A stretch of 60,884 nucleotides of DNA, from the NCBI GenBank assembly GCA_902780865.1, contig CACZHC010000008.1:1-60884 (forward strand). Direction: 5' to 3'. Source of the stretch: an uncultured bacterium (GTDB taxonomy: Bacteria > Verrucomicrobiota > Kiritimatiellia > RFP12 > UBA1067). The notes beneath the pieces are model-generated. The model had not been told where the DNA came from and did no database searches. It saw nothing but the letters and a program-made list of their open reading frames with translations. This document shows, in pieces, positions 27,550 through 36,794 of this stretch; position 1 is the stretch's first letter, and each line of letters begins with the position of its first letter. The position numbers and the translations under genes were made by a program.

Positions 27550-28230
27550 ATGGCTCTAAACATAGTAACTGAAATCGACGGCAGGGTGCAGGTAAAGAAC
27601 GTCCTCATGAGCGTGAGCGACAAGACGGGGCTTGAGACCTTCGTCCCCGCACTCGTCAAGGCATGCCCCGGCGTAAAGATCTACTCCACTGGCGGCACCT
27701 ACACCAAGGTGAAGGAAATCCTCGGCGACAAGGCGGGCGATACTCTCGTCGCCGTTTCCGACTACACCGGCCAGCCCGAGATGCAGGGCGGTCTCGTTAA
27801 GACGCTCGACTTCAAGATCTACCTCGGCCTCCTTTCCGAGACCTACAACGACGCCCACCAGGCGGACTTGAAGCGCCTCTCCGCGCTCCCGATCGACATG
27901 GTGGTCGTCAACCTCTATCCTTTCCAGCAGACTGTCGCCAAGGCGGGCGTCACTCCCGAAATGGCGAGGACGAACATTGACATCGGCGGCCCCTGCATGG
28001 TCCGCGCGTCGGCGAAGAACTACCTGCGTGTCGCGTCCGTGACCGATCCGCTCGACTACCCTAACATCGTTCAGGAGCTCGAGTCGCACGGCGGTTCGCT
28101 TGGCCTCGACACGCGCTTCAAGCTCATGAAGAAGGCGTTCACGCACACCGCCGAGTACGACACGGCGATTTCCAAGTTCTTCACTACGCGCACGTGGGAA
28201 GAGGTCGAGAAGACCTACAACCTCCACTGA
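27550..28230 (+). CDS. Stand-alone IMP cyclohydrolase-like protein (PurH N-terminal MGS-like domain only)
   Basis: VLMSVSDKTGLETF, STGGTYTKV, VSDYTGQPEMQGGLVKTLDFKIYLGLL and VVVNLYPFQQTV match the IMPCH half of PurH. The ORF ends at 226 aa and no AICAR transformylase half follows. Confidence 0.65.
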   Translation: MALNIVTEIDGRVQVKNVLMSVSDKTGLETFVPALVKACPGVKIYSTGGTYTKVKEILGDKAGDTLVAVSDYTGQPEMQGGLVKTLDFKIYLGLLSETYNDAHQADLKRLSALPIDMVVVNLYPFQQTVAKAGVTPEMARTNIDIGGPCMVRASAKNYLRVASVTDPLDYPNIVQELESHGGSLGLDTRFKLMKKAFTHTAEYDTAISKFFTTRTWEEVEKTYNLH

Positions 28231-28235
28231 TCTGC

Positions 28236-29006
28236 ATGAAGTTCCTCAAGAGCTGGTTTTCGGGCCCCGCGCTCTGGTTCGCCGGAGTCGCGGCGCTTCT
28301 CGTCACTTGGGTCGTCATGGAGCCCGCGGCGCTCGTTCATGCCTTCGATCAGGACGGCTACTCCCCGTTCGAGCTCGCGACGCTGCCGTTCTTCGCGGCA
28401 ATCGTTCCGCTCGTGTGGTGGAAATGTCCGTTCACCGGCTCGAAGCGCCGCCGCGTAATCCTCTGCCTCGCCGTCTCGCTCGTCGCGCTGATGGCGATCG
28501 TGAAGGAGATGGATCTCCACAACATGGCGCTCCACGCGCTCTGCCCCGACTATGTAGGCGAGGACGGGAAGATCATACCGGGCGTCCTTTTCAAGCCGAA
28601 CGGACAGCCGCTCACAGGAACGCCGTTCAAGGCGCGGTTCCTCACAAACGGCGCGGTGCCGTTTGGCGCAAAGGCGTTCGTCGTCCTCTACTTCGCGGCG
28701 TTCTTCGGCGTGTTCGCGGCGGGGATGCTCTATTTTGCGGTGCCGTTCGTAAAGGGAGTGTTCTCGCTCAATCCCGTCGCGTGGTCGTTTGGATGCTTCG
28801 GCGGTTCCGGCGTTCTCGTGCAGGTTGCTGACCGACTCCCCTCGTGGCTCGGCCACGCTCATGGGCTCGAGAAGTCAGAAGGCGCGGTGACAGCCGCCCA
28901 GTCGCTGTGCACGGCGCTTGAGGAGGGCGGCGAGATGATGATCGCCGTCTTCGCGCTTCTCGCAATATACCAGTCCTGGCTCATCCACAACAAAGAGAAT
29001 GCCTAA
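28236..29006 (+). CDS. Integral membrane protein, unknown function
   Basis: The start MKFLKSWFSGPALWFAG lies 6 nt after the upstream stop, and the protein has about 6 hydrophobic helices. The tracked ORF start (28194) overlaps the upstream gene. Confidence 0.6.
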   Translation: MKFLKSWFSGPALWFAGVAALLVTWVVMEPAALVHAFDQDGYSPFELATLPFFAAIVPLVWWKCPFTGSKRRRVILCLAVSLVALMAIVKEMDLHNMALHALCPDYVGEDGKIIPGVLFKPNGQPLTGTPFKARFLTNGAVPFGAKAFVVLYFAAFFGVFAAGMLYFAVPFVKGVFSLNPVAWSFGCFGGSGVLVQVADRLPSWLGHAHGLEKSEGAVTAAQSLCTALEEGGEMMIAVFALLAIYQSWLIHNKENA

Positions 29007-30087
29007 GCGAGTCCTTTTCTGGGGTCGGTTCGACCACGGCTATTCCAAGACGCGCGTAAACGCCGCGGCGTTTCGCGCGCTTGGCTGGGAGGTCGACTAC
29101 TTCGACGTGAAGTGGTGCTGCCGTTTTGGCGACGTCGAGGCGTTCTTCCGCGGGCTTGACCGCCGGCCGAGGCCCGACCTCGTGCTCGTTCCCGTCTGCC
29201 GCCAGCGCGACATAGCGGCTGCGTGCCGCTGGGCGCACAAGCGCGGCATCAAGGTTCTCTTCGACCCGATGATCTCGGCGTGGGACAAGAAAGTTCTCGA
29301 GCAGAAGAAGTGGAAGGCCGAGGAGCGCCGCGCGAAGCGGCTTCTCGCCTGGGAGAAGAAGCTCATGGCGATGCCCGACTTCATCACGTGGGACACTTCC
29401 TGCCATGTCGATTTTGCCGCGGAATATCTCGACGTGCCGCGCGAGAAGATGACGCCGCTTTTCACTGGCACGGACGAGGAAGTCTTCAAGCCGGTTGCTG
29501 AAGATGTTGGCCGTGTAGAACGTGTAGATCGTGCAGATGGGGTATTCAAGGTGCTCTACCATGGCGCGTATTTGCCGCTTCATGGAACCGAGGTCATTGT
29601 CGAGGCGGCTCGCATGACGCAGGATTTGCCGATACAGTGGGATTTCCTTGGCTGGGGCGCGTACAAGGCCTCCACCGAGGCGAAGGCGGCTGGGCTAAAG
29701 AACGTCCGCTTCCTCGAGAAGGTTCCATACGTCAAGGTGCCCGAGGTGATCTGCGCCCACGACATAGTTCTCGGCGTGTTCGGCACTACTGCGAAGGCGG
29801 CGCGCGTCATCGGCAACAAGGTCTACGAGTGCATGGCGTGCGCAAGGCCCACGATCAACGAGTTCTGCACTGGCTATCCGCCGAGCGCGAAGGACTGCAA
29901 GGCGATAAAGTTCATCCCGCCGGGCGACCCTGCCGCGCTCGTCAAGGCCGTAGAGGAGTATCGCGCCGACTGGGCGAACAAGGAGATGTATTTCCGCGAG
30001 GCGCGTGCGTTCTTCGAACGCGAGCTATCGATGAAGGTCGTTACGGCCCAGCTCGCTGACATCCTCAAGCGAATGGGGCTAGGTTGA
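28999..30087 (+). CDS. GT-B fold glycosyltransferase (GT1/GT4-like)
   Basis: The C-terminal half (VLYHGAYLPLHG.., LGVFGTTAKAARVIGNKVYECMACARPTI) resembles the GT4 nucleotide-sugar-binding domain. An 8-nt overlap with the upstream gene suggests translational coupling. Confidence 0.65.
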   Translation: MPKRVLFWGRFDHGYSKTRVNAAAFRALGWEVDYFDVKWCCRFGDVEAFFRGLDRRPRPDLVLVPVCRQRDIAAACRWAHKRGIKVLFDPMISAWDKKVLEQKKWKAEERRAKRLLAWEKKLMAMPDFITWDTSCHVDFAAEYLDVPREKMTPLFTGTDEEVFKPVAEDVGRVERVDRADGVFKVLYHGAYLPLHGTEVIVEAARMTQDLPIQWDFLGWGAYKASTEAKAAGLKNVRFLEKVPYVKVPEVICAHDIVLGVFGTTAKAARVIGNKVYECMACARPTINEFCTGYPPSAKDCKAIKFIPPGDPAALVKAVEEYRADWANKEMYFREARAFFERELSMKVVTAQLADILKRMGLG

Positions 30088-30100
30088 GGAGGTTTAGAAG

Positions 30101-30796
30101 ATGTCCAAGAAGAGAGATCAGCTTAGGCCAATCAAGTTCGTCAGGAATTTCACGAAGCACGCCGCGGGTAGCGTTCTTGTCAAGTGGGGCGACACGTGGG
30201 TCCTTTGCACCGCGAGCGTCGAAGAGAAGGTGCCTCCGTTTCTCAAGGGGACCGGCAAGGGCTGGGTCACGGCGGAGTACTCTATGCTTCCCTCTTCGAC
30301 CGGCGGCGGTCGCAAGGACCGCGACATCAAGAAGCTTAAGCAAGACGCGCGCTCGACCGAGATCCAGCGCCTTATCGGACGTTCTCTTCGCGCGGCAGTC
30401 GACATGTCGAAGCTCGGCGAGCGCCAAATAACGATCGACTGCGACGTCCTGCAGGCAGACGGCGGCACGAGGTGTGCGTCGATCACGGGCGGCATGGTCG
30501 CGCTCGAAGACGCCGTGCGCAAGCTTCTCGCGGCGGGCGTCATTACCGAGAATCCCATAGTCCACCGCATCGCGGCGGTGTCGGTCGGCGTGTGCGACGG
30601 AAAGCCGACGCTCGACCTCGACTATGCCCATGACTCGACCGCCGAGGTCGATCTAAACGTCGTGATGACCGACGACGGACGCTATGTCGAGCTTCAGGGA
30701 ACGGCAGAGCACAAGCCGTTTACAGAAGAGTCGCTTGACGCCCTTCGCGCACTCGCGAGGAAGGGGCTCAAGCGCATTTTCGCGCTAACGCGCTGA
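30101..30796 (+). CDS. rph: Ribonuclease PH
   Basis: [60 protein letters not shown] and [18 protein letters not shown] are the canonical RNase PH pattern. Confidence 0.9.
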   Translation: MSKKRDQLRPIKFVRNFTKHAAGSVLVKWGDTWVLCTASVEEKVPPFLKGTGKGWVTAEYSMLPSSTGGGRKDRDIKKLKQDARSTEIQRLIGRSLRAAVDMSKLGERQITIDCDVLQADGGTRCASITGGMVALEDAVRKLLAAGVITENPIVHRIAAVSVGVCDGKPTLDLDYAHDSTAEVDLNVVMTDDGRYVELQGTAEHKPFTEESLDALRALARKGLKRIFALTR

Positions 30797-30807
30797 AAGG
30801 GGATGCC

Positions 30808-31779
30808 ATGAAGGGAAGCGTAATAACTCGCAGGGGTTTCCTTGGAGCGTCTGCCGCGTTTGCGGCGCTTGCGGAGAGGTCGGTTTCGGCGGAAGACGCG
30901 CCGGTGGCATCGGAAGGGGGAATCCGAGTCCTCTTCCTCGGCACGGGCGCCTCTGGGTGGGATCCGAAGTGGGCCGAGGAAAATGAGAACGCGCGCCGCC
31001 AGTCGAGTGTGCTTCTCGAAGGCAAGGTGCTTATCGACTTCACGCAGTGCTCGTTCGACAAGCTTCCAAAGGATTGCCATCCCGAAGTCCTTTTCCAGAC
31101 ACACTCACACGGCGACCACTACAGCCCGAGGGCGGCCGTCAAGTCGGGTGTCAAGCGCATGTACGTGAACGAAACGTGGGCGGCGGCCGCGAAACGCGGC
31201 GTCGAAAAGGCGGCTGAGGCGCTGTCGCTGCCTGCGCCCGAGGTCATTGCGCTGCCGTTCGGCAAGGCGGTCGAGGAGTGCGGGCTCAAGATAACGGGCG
31301 TTCCCGCGAACCACAGCACATCACGAGTGACCGACGGCGTGCTTGAGCGCACTTCCCTCTATCTCGTCGAGAAGGGCCCTGCGCGGCTTCTCTACGCGAC
31401 CGACACCGCCGGGATTCCTGGCGATGCGGCGAGGATGATCGGCATAGACCCGCACATCTACCCCGACAACTACAAGTACTACCGCGACTCGGCGCCGTTC
31501 GTGCACGAGCCCGCGCCGCTCACGGCGATCATCATGGAGGCGACGAACGGTGATCTCGACGAGGACTTCCGCATGTTCGTCCATTCGGGCGTCCAGCTTG
31601 TCTCGCGCACCGTCAATATGCTGAAGAAGACCGGCCGCTACAAGCCGCCGGCCGGTCAAAAGGCGTATCTGACCCATCTTGCAATCAAGTACCGCGATTG
31701 GCCTGCGGAGAAGATCAACGCCGAACTTCCCGAATCCCTTGCGGCCGCCTACGACGGACTTGAGTTGACGCTTGGCTGA
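30808..31779 (+). CDS. MBL-fold metallo-hydrolase with Tat-like signal
   Basis: RRGFLGASAAFAALA signal and an HSHGDHY metal-binding motif. The size is typical of MBL-fold hydrolases. Confidence 0.7.
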   Translation: MKGSVITRRGFLGASAAFAALAERSVSAEDAPVASEGGIRVLFLGTGASGWDPKWAEENENARRQSSVLLEGKVLIDFTQCSFDKLPKDCHPEVLFQTHSHGDHYSPRAAVKSGVKRMYVNETWAAAAKRGVEKAAEALSLPAPEVIALPFGKAVEECGLKITGVPANHSTSRVTDGVLERTSLYLVEKGPARLLYATDTAGIPGDAARMIGIDPHIYPDNYKYYRDSAPFVHEPAPLTAIIMEATNGDLDEDFRMFVHSGVQLVSRTVNMLKKTGRYKPPAGQKAYLTHLAIKYRDWPAEKINAELPESLAAAYDGLELTLG

Positions 31780-31790
31780 GGCGACAGCGT

Positions 31791-32237
31791 CTATTTTGTC
31801 GTTTTCGTTCCCTGAAGCCGACCCTGCGCGTCGCGGTAGGTAGTTTTGCCGTTCTTGTCGGTAGTCGCCGTGCCCTGGAGGCGCCCCATCGAGTCGCGCC
31901 AAGTCGTCTTGCCGCTGCTGTCGGTCGTAGTCGTGCCCTGGAGCCGCCCCATTGAGTCGCGGTAGGTGGTCTTCCCGCTCTTGTCGGTGGTCGCAGTACC
32001 CTGAAGGCGTCCCATCGAGTCGCGCCAGGTCGTCTTGCCGCTGCTGTCGGTCGTAGTCGTGCCCTGGAGCCGCCCCATCGAGTCGCGGTAGGTGGTCTTC
32101 CCGCTCGTGGTAGTCGTTTTCGTGCCCTGAAGCCGTCCTTGCGCGTCGCGGTAGGTCGTCTTGGTGTCGGCAAGGCATGTTCCTGCGAGCGCGAGGCACG
32201 CGATTGCCGTAGCGAGAATTTTCGTGGTCTTGTTCAT
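31791..32237 (-). CDS. Small secreted protein built of six 21-aa YD-like repeats
   Basis: The likely start is MNKTTKILATAIACLALAGTCLA (signal peptide) at 32237. It is followed by six repeats of TT[YW]RD[AS][QM]GRLQGTxTT(D)xxGK. The tracked 334-aa ORF extends upstream through an Arg/His-rich segment that does not look protein-like. Confidence 0.75.
   Translation of the reverse strand: MNKTTKILATAIACLALAGTCLADTKTTYRDAQGRLQGTKTTTTSGKTTYRDSMGRLQGTTTTDSSGKTTWRDSMGRLQGTATTDKSGKTTYRDSMGRLQGTTTTDSSGKTTWRDSMGRLQGTATTDKNGKTTYRDAQGRLQGTKTTK
31794..32159 (-). repeat. Coding tandem repeat, 63-bp unit with 126-bp higher-order periodicity
   Basis: The DNA shows near-identical blocks such as gtcgtcttgccgctgctgtcggtcgtagtcgtgccctggagccgccccat twice. 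The protein repeats alternate Y/W types and are flanked by AQ-type units. Confidence 0.85.
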
Positions 32238-32426
32238 GCCGCACCTTGCCTTTCTGCGTTGTCGCATGTGTATTTTTTGTGCTTGTGCCAAGTAAGGAAG
32301 GCGAAAAGTGTGTTTCTGACAGAATTTTTTTTCATGGACTAAAAGAAACATGTCGGGTTGCATGTGGTATAATGTTGCCGATGAGAAACGGACGGATCGC
32401 AGTGGAACCATCCAAGGGAGGCGAGA

Positions 32427-33179
32427 ATGCTTGATGACATGATAAAGGCGGTGCGAGGCGCGAAGTGCGTTGCGGCGATGACAGGCGCAGGCGTTAGCAC
32501 GCTTTGCGGAATACCGGACTTTCGCGGTCCGAAGGGTCTCTACAAGAACCCGGACGCGGAACGTATCTTCGACATCGACTGGTTCGACCGCGATCCGTCT
32601 GTCTACTATCGCGGGTGCAGCGAGCTCGTCTACGGACTTGGCGCGTTTGAGCCGGGGCCGGTCCATCGCGCGCTTAAGCGCCTCGAGGACGCCGGGCATC
32701 TCGACGGAATCATCACGCAGAACATCGACATGCTCCACCAGAAGGCGGGCTCGTCGAACGTCTACGAGGTGCATGGTTCGCCAATCGTCCACCATTGCCG
32801 CCTCTGCGGGGACGAGAAGAGTTTTGGCGAGATCATGGCGATGGTCAATGCGAACGGCGGAGCCGAGAAGCTTGGCGCGCCGTATGTGCCGCGCTGCAAG
32901 TGCGGCGGTGCGTACAAGCCGGACATCACGTTCTTCGGCGAGCAGCTGCCGGAGGTCGCGTTCATGAAGTCGCAGGAGCTGGCGATGCGGGCGGATGTGA
33001 TGCTTGTTCTTGGCACTTCGCTCACCGTGTTTCCCGCGGCGGGGATTCCTCGGCTTACGCTCCAGAAGGGCGGCAAGGTCTTTATCGTGAACGCGCAGCC
33101 GACTTCGCTCGACAAGTACGTCGCGGGGTGCTTCCCCGACCTCGCGGAATTCTCCGCCGCCATCGAGGCGGCCACATAA
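32427..33179 (+). CDS. cobB: NAD-dependent protein deacylase (Sir2 family)
   Basis: MTGAGVSTLCGIPDFRGPKGLY, ITQNIDMLHQKAGS, a Zn-ribbon with CRLCG..CKCGG, and VLGTSLTVFPAAG. Confidence 0.8.
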   Translation: MLDDMIKAVRGAKCVAAMTGAGVSTLCGIPDFRGPKGLYKNPDAERIFDIDWFDRDPSVYYRGCSELVYGLGAFEPGPVHRALKRLEDAGHLDGIITQNIDMLHQKAGSSNVYEVHGSPIVHHCRLCGDEKSFGEIMAMVNANGGAEKLGAPYVPRCKCGGAYKPDITFFGEQLPEVAFMKSQELAMRADVMLVLGTSLTVFPAAGIPRLTLQKGGKVFIVNAQPTSLDKYVAGCFPDLAEFSAAIEAAT

Positions 33180-33266
33180 CTCCTTTTCTTACGACCCTAC
33201 TTGACAAACGCCCTGCGCCTTTTGTAATATGGATAATGTAAAGTGTGAAAGGAAAATGTAGGCGCA

Positions 33267-35834
33267 ATGGGCAAGAAGCTGTTGATAGTCGAGTCTCCCG
33301 CGAAGGCGAAGACGATAGGCAAGTATCTCGGGCCGGAATTCACGGTCAAGAGTTCCGTCGGCCACATACGCGATCTCCCGAAGGAGAACGGCGCGATAAG
33401 GATCGACAAGACGGGCGACGAACGCTGGACGTTCACTCCGAAGTACGAAATCTCCGAAGGCAAGGAGAAGGTCGTCTCGGAACTCAAGTCCGCCGTCAAG
33501 TCGTCGAGCGAAGTCTATCTCGCAAGCGATCCCGACCGCGAAGGAGAGGCGATCGCGTGGCATCTCAGGGAAGTGCTGGAGCCCGTCGCCGGCAAGAAGC
33601 CGTTCCTCCGCGTCACCTACAACGAGATCACGAAGAACGCCGTTCTCAAGGCCGTCGCAGAGCCGCGCGACATCAACATGCCGCTCGTCGACGCGCAGCA
33701 GGCGCGCAGGATTCTCGACCGCATCGTCGGCTACAAGGTGTCGCCGCTCCTCTGGAAGAACATCGCGTGCGCCAACAACCGCTCGCTCTCCGCAGGGCGC
33801 GTCCAGTCTGTCGCGCTGCGGCTCCTCGTCGAGCGCCAGCGCGAGATAGAGGCATTCAAGCCCGAGACCTACTTCCTCATGGGCGTCGAGGCGAAGAAGC
33901 GCGGCACCGCGAACGGCAAGTTCGTCGCCAAGCTCGCTCGCATCGACGGCGAGAAGCCGAACGTGCGCGACCGCCAGACTGCCGACACCACGCTTCTCGA
34001 CCTCGCCGATGCGGAGCTCGAAGTCGTCGACCTGAAGGCCCAGCCGAAGATGCGCCACGCGCTGCCGCCGTTCACCACGTCGACGATGCAGCAGGCGGCG
34101 TCGAGCGTCCTCTCCTTCTCTCCCGGCAAGACTATGAAGCTCGCGCAGTCGCTCTACGAACAGGGGCGCATCACCTACATGCGAACCGACTCGGTGAACG
34201 TCTCCGAGCAGGCGCGTGCGGCGGCGAAGGAATACGTGACCGCGACCTTCGGCGCGGAGTTCTACCCGGAAAGCCCCAACTTCTTCAAGTCCAAGGCCGA
34301 CGCGCAGGGCGCGCACGAGGCGATACGCCCGACCGACGTCATGCTGACGCCCGAGCGCGCTGCCGAGAACGGCATGGACGCGGCGGAGCTCAAGCTCTAC
34401 GGACTCGTGTGGAAGCGCTTCGTGGCGAGCCAGATGGCCGATGCGAAGACGACGGTCCGCACCGTCTCGCTTGCCGCGAGAAAGCCCGCGCTCGCGCACG
34501 ACTACCTCTTTACCGCAAGCGCGACGGAAGTCGACTTCGAGGGCTTCCTCAAGGTGATGAACCTCTCGCTCAAGAAGAAGCGCGCGGACGGCGAGGAAGA
34601 CGACGATACCGACGAGGTCGCGGCGCTTCCGCCGCTTTCCAGGGGCGAGACTCTCGACGCCGTCCGCTGGCTTGCCGACGAGAAGCAGACCAAGGGCCCG
34701 TCTCACTATTCCGAGGCGTCGCTCATCAAGGCGCTTGAGGAGAACGGCGTCGGCCGTCCGTCGACATACGCGGCGACGATAGAGACCTTGAAGGCGCGCG
34801 AATACGCGAAGACGGAGAAGAAGAAACTTGTGCCGCTTGAGCGCGGCATCCTCGTCTGCGACTGGCTCGTGAAGAAGCTCGACTCGCTATTCAGCGTCGG
34901 GTACACCGCGAAGATGGAAGCCGAGCTCGACAAGGTGGAGTCGGACGGCGAGCCGATGGACGCGATGCTCAGCGAGTTCTACGCGAAGTTCCTCAAGGCC
35001 GTAGAGTCCTGCAAGGAGCCGGCTCCCGACAAGGAGAAGTTCGAGATCGTCTTTTCGCTTCTCGACCAGGTGAAGGAGTGGAAGGAACCGAAGACCGTCG
35101 GCAAGAGGACTTACGACGACAAGGCGTTCGTCGAGTCGGTGCGCACGCAGTTCGACACCGGCAAGCCCCTCTCCTCGCGTCAGCTCGAGTATCTCGTTCG
35201 CATGGCTCTCATGTATTCGTCGCAGATCCCGAACTGCGAGGCGACGTTGAAGGAGCACGGCATTGCGGGTTCCCAGGCGCAGAAGCAGGAGACGGTGGAC
35301 CCCGAACTCGTGAAGTGGTGCTTCGAAACGGCAGACAGGATCGTCGGCCTCATGCGCAACCCGTTCCTCAAAAGCCTCAGGGACCAGACCGAGCGCGGGC
35401 GCGGACTCTCGCAGAAGCAGTTCGCCATACTCGTGAAGTCCGTCGGCGAGAATGCCGCGGGGCTCGAAGACTGCGATGCGATACGCGCGAAGCTTTCTGA
35501 ATATGTCTCCGGCGGCTTTTCGCCGATACAGCGCGAAGGGGAATCGGTCGTGCCGCGTCTCATCGCGCTCATCGGAAAGGTGACGGAGTGGCGGCCTTCC
35601 TCCAAGAAGGGGCGCAAGACCTACGACGACAAGGCGTTCGTCCAGTCGCTTGTAGACCAGTACGAGCGCCGCAGGTCGCTTTCGCCGCGGCAGGTCATGG
35701 CCCTCAGGCGCGTCATCGTCGCCTACAAGGACAAGATCCCCGGCTATGCCGAAGTCGCGGGGCCGCTTGGCCTCGACGACATTCCGTCGAGCCGCGACAA
35801 GAAGGCCAAGGTGATAGATGGTCCCGGCGACTAA
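33267..35834 (+). CDS. topA: DNA topoisomerase I
   Basis: Toprim N-terminus KKLLIVESPAKAKTIGKYLG and DPDREGEAIAWH, plus the active-site region ITYMRTDS. The 855-aa protein has a C-terminal region without Cys4 zinc ribbons but with internal repeats. Confidence 0.95.
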   Translation: MGKKLLIVESPAKAKTIGKYLGPEFTVKSSVGHIRDLPKENGAIRIDKTGDERWTFTPKYEISEGKEKVVSELKSAVKSSSEVYLASDPDREGEAIAWHLREVLEPVAGKKPFLRVTYNEITKNAVLKAVAEPRDINMPLVDAQQARRILDRIVGYKVSPLLWKNIACANNRSLSAGRVQSVALRLLVERQREIEAFKPETYFLMGVEAKKRGTANGKFVAKLARIDGEKPNVRDRQTADTTLLDLADAELEVVDLKAQPKMRHALPPFTTSTMQQAASSVLSFSPGKTMKLAQSLYEQGRITYMRTDSVNVSEQARAAAKEYVTATFGAEFYPESPNFFKSKADAQGAHEAIRPTDVMLTPERAAENGMDAAELKLYGLVWKRFVASQMADAKTTVRTVSLAARKPALAHDYLFTASATEVDFEGFLKVMNLSLKKKRADGEEDDDTDEVAALPPLSRGETLDAVRWLADEKQTKGPSHYSEASLIKALEENGVGRPSTYAATIETLKAREYAKTEKKKLVPLERGILVCDWLVKKLDSLFSVGYTAKMEAELDKVESDGEPMDAMLSEFYAKFLKAVESCKEPAPDKEKFEIVFSLLDQVKEWKEPKTVGKRTYDDKAFVESVRTQFDTGKPLSSRQLEYLVRMALMYSSQIPNCEATLKEHGIAGSQAQKQETVDPELVKWCFETADRIVGLMRNPFLKSLRDQTERGRGLSQKQFAILVKSVGENAAGLEDCDAIRAKLSEYVSGGFSPIQREGESVVPRLIALIGKVTEWRPSSKKGRKTYDDKAFVQSLVDQYERRRSLSPRQVMALRRVIVAYKDKIPGYAEVAGPLGLDDIPSSRDKKAKVIDGPGD

Positions 35835-36750
35835 TCCGCGCACGGCGGAAGACCCCCGGGTGCGGCGCTTCGAGACGAACCTCCTTGCGGAGCGCGGCGT
35901 TTCGCCAAACACATGGGAGGGCTATTCCGCCGACATCGCTCAGTTCGCCGCGTTCGTGTGGGGGCGCGACGCGGCGCCGCCGTTTCCGTGGAGTGAGGTG
36001 AGCGATGCGGCTGCCAGGGCCTTCCTCTCCGCTTTCGGGTCGGCGGGCGCGCAGGCCACGACCGTTCGCCGCAAGCTCGCGGCGCTCCGCGCGTTCTACA
36101 GGCATCTCCAGCGCGAAGGCGCAGTGACCGACAATCCTTTTTCCTCGCTTCGCGGACCGCGCAAGGCGAAGACCTTGCCGAAAGTGCTTTCGGTCGGCGA
36201 CGTCGAGGCGTTTCTCGCGCGGCCGGGCAAGGACTTTTCCGAGGGGCGACTTTCCGAACGCGAGTTTCTGCGCGACTCGGCGCTCTTCGAGACGCTGTAC
36301 TCGACCGGTTGCCGAATCGGCGAGATCACGCCGCTCAGGTGGCGCGACATCGACTTCGCGCGCGGCACGGCGATAGTGACTGGCAAGGGCTCGAAGGACC
36401 GTCTCGTCATCCTCGGGTCTAAGGCGCTCGACGCCCTCGGTCGGCTGCGCGGCGCATCTGCCGCGGACGACGGCGACGCGGTGTTCCAGTCTGTCGGCGG
36501 GAAGGCGGTCTCGTCGCGCTTCATAGAGAGGCGCATGAAGAAGTACCTCGCGGAGGCTGGTCTCTCGCCCGACCTTACGCCCCACAAGCTGCGCCACAGC
36601 TTTGCGACGCACCTTTTGGACGCGGGCGCGGATTTGAGGAGCGTCCAGGAAATGCTCGGCCACTCGTCTCTTTCCACGACCCAGGTCTACACGCATGTTT
36701 CCGTGGAGAGATTGAAAGACGCATATTTTTCATCACACCCGCGCGCCTAA
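35818..36750 (+). CDS. Tyrosine recombinase, XerC/XerD family
   Basis: N-terminal SAM-like domain (LLAERGVSPNTWEGYSADIAQF) and catalytic motifs: TGCRIGEI, TGKGSKDRLV, HKLRHSFATHLLDAGADLRSVQEMLGHSSLSTTQVYTHV. Overlaps the topA end by 17 nt. Confidence 0.85.
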   Translation: MVPATNPRTAEDPRVRRFETNLLAERGVSPNTWEGYSADIAQFAAFVWGRDAAPPFPWSEVSDAAARAFLSAFGSAGAQATTVRRKLAALRAFYRHLQREGAVTDNPFSSLRGPRKAKTLPKVLSVGDVEAFLARPGKDFSEGRLSEREFLRDSALFETLYSTGCRIGEITPLRWRDIDFARGTAIVTGKGSKDRLVILGSKALDALGRLRGASAADDGDAVFQSVGGKAVSSRFIERRMKKYLAEAGLSPDLTPHKLRHSFATHLLDAGADLRSVQEMLGHSSLSTTQVYTHVSVERLKDAYFSSHPRA

Positions 36751-36794
36751 TTGTGGTATAATACAACATCATAAACCAAAAAAAGAGGTGAGTT

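Noticed and set aside
31791-32795. Full 334-aa version of the minus-strand ORF containing the YD-like repeats
   Set aside because: The N-terminal ~186 aa are Arg/His/Val-rich and overlap the sirtuin gene start and its promoter. An internal Met at 32237 gives a clean signal peptide directly followed by the repeats, so I call 31791-32237 instead.
33245-34738. 497-aa + strand alternate-frame ORF inside topA. Similar same-strand alternate-frame ORFs include 23991-25568, 42022-42849 and 56666-57517
   Set aside because: They have extremely Arg-rich, low-complexity translations, and the overlapping frame encodes canonical proteins (TopA, kinases, GT, YebC).
35818-36750. Tyrosine recombinase considered as the integrase of a mobile element, given the truncated tRNA 21 kb away
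   Set aside because: It has XerC/XerD-type motifs, overlaps topA, and is surrounded by housekeeping genes. I found no direct repeats or cargo boundaries. It is most likely the chromosomal dimer-resolution recombinase.
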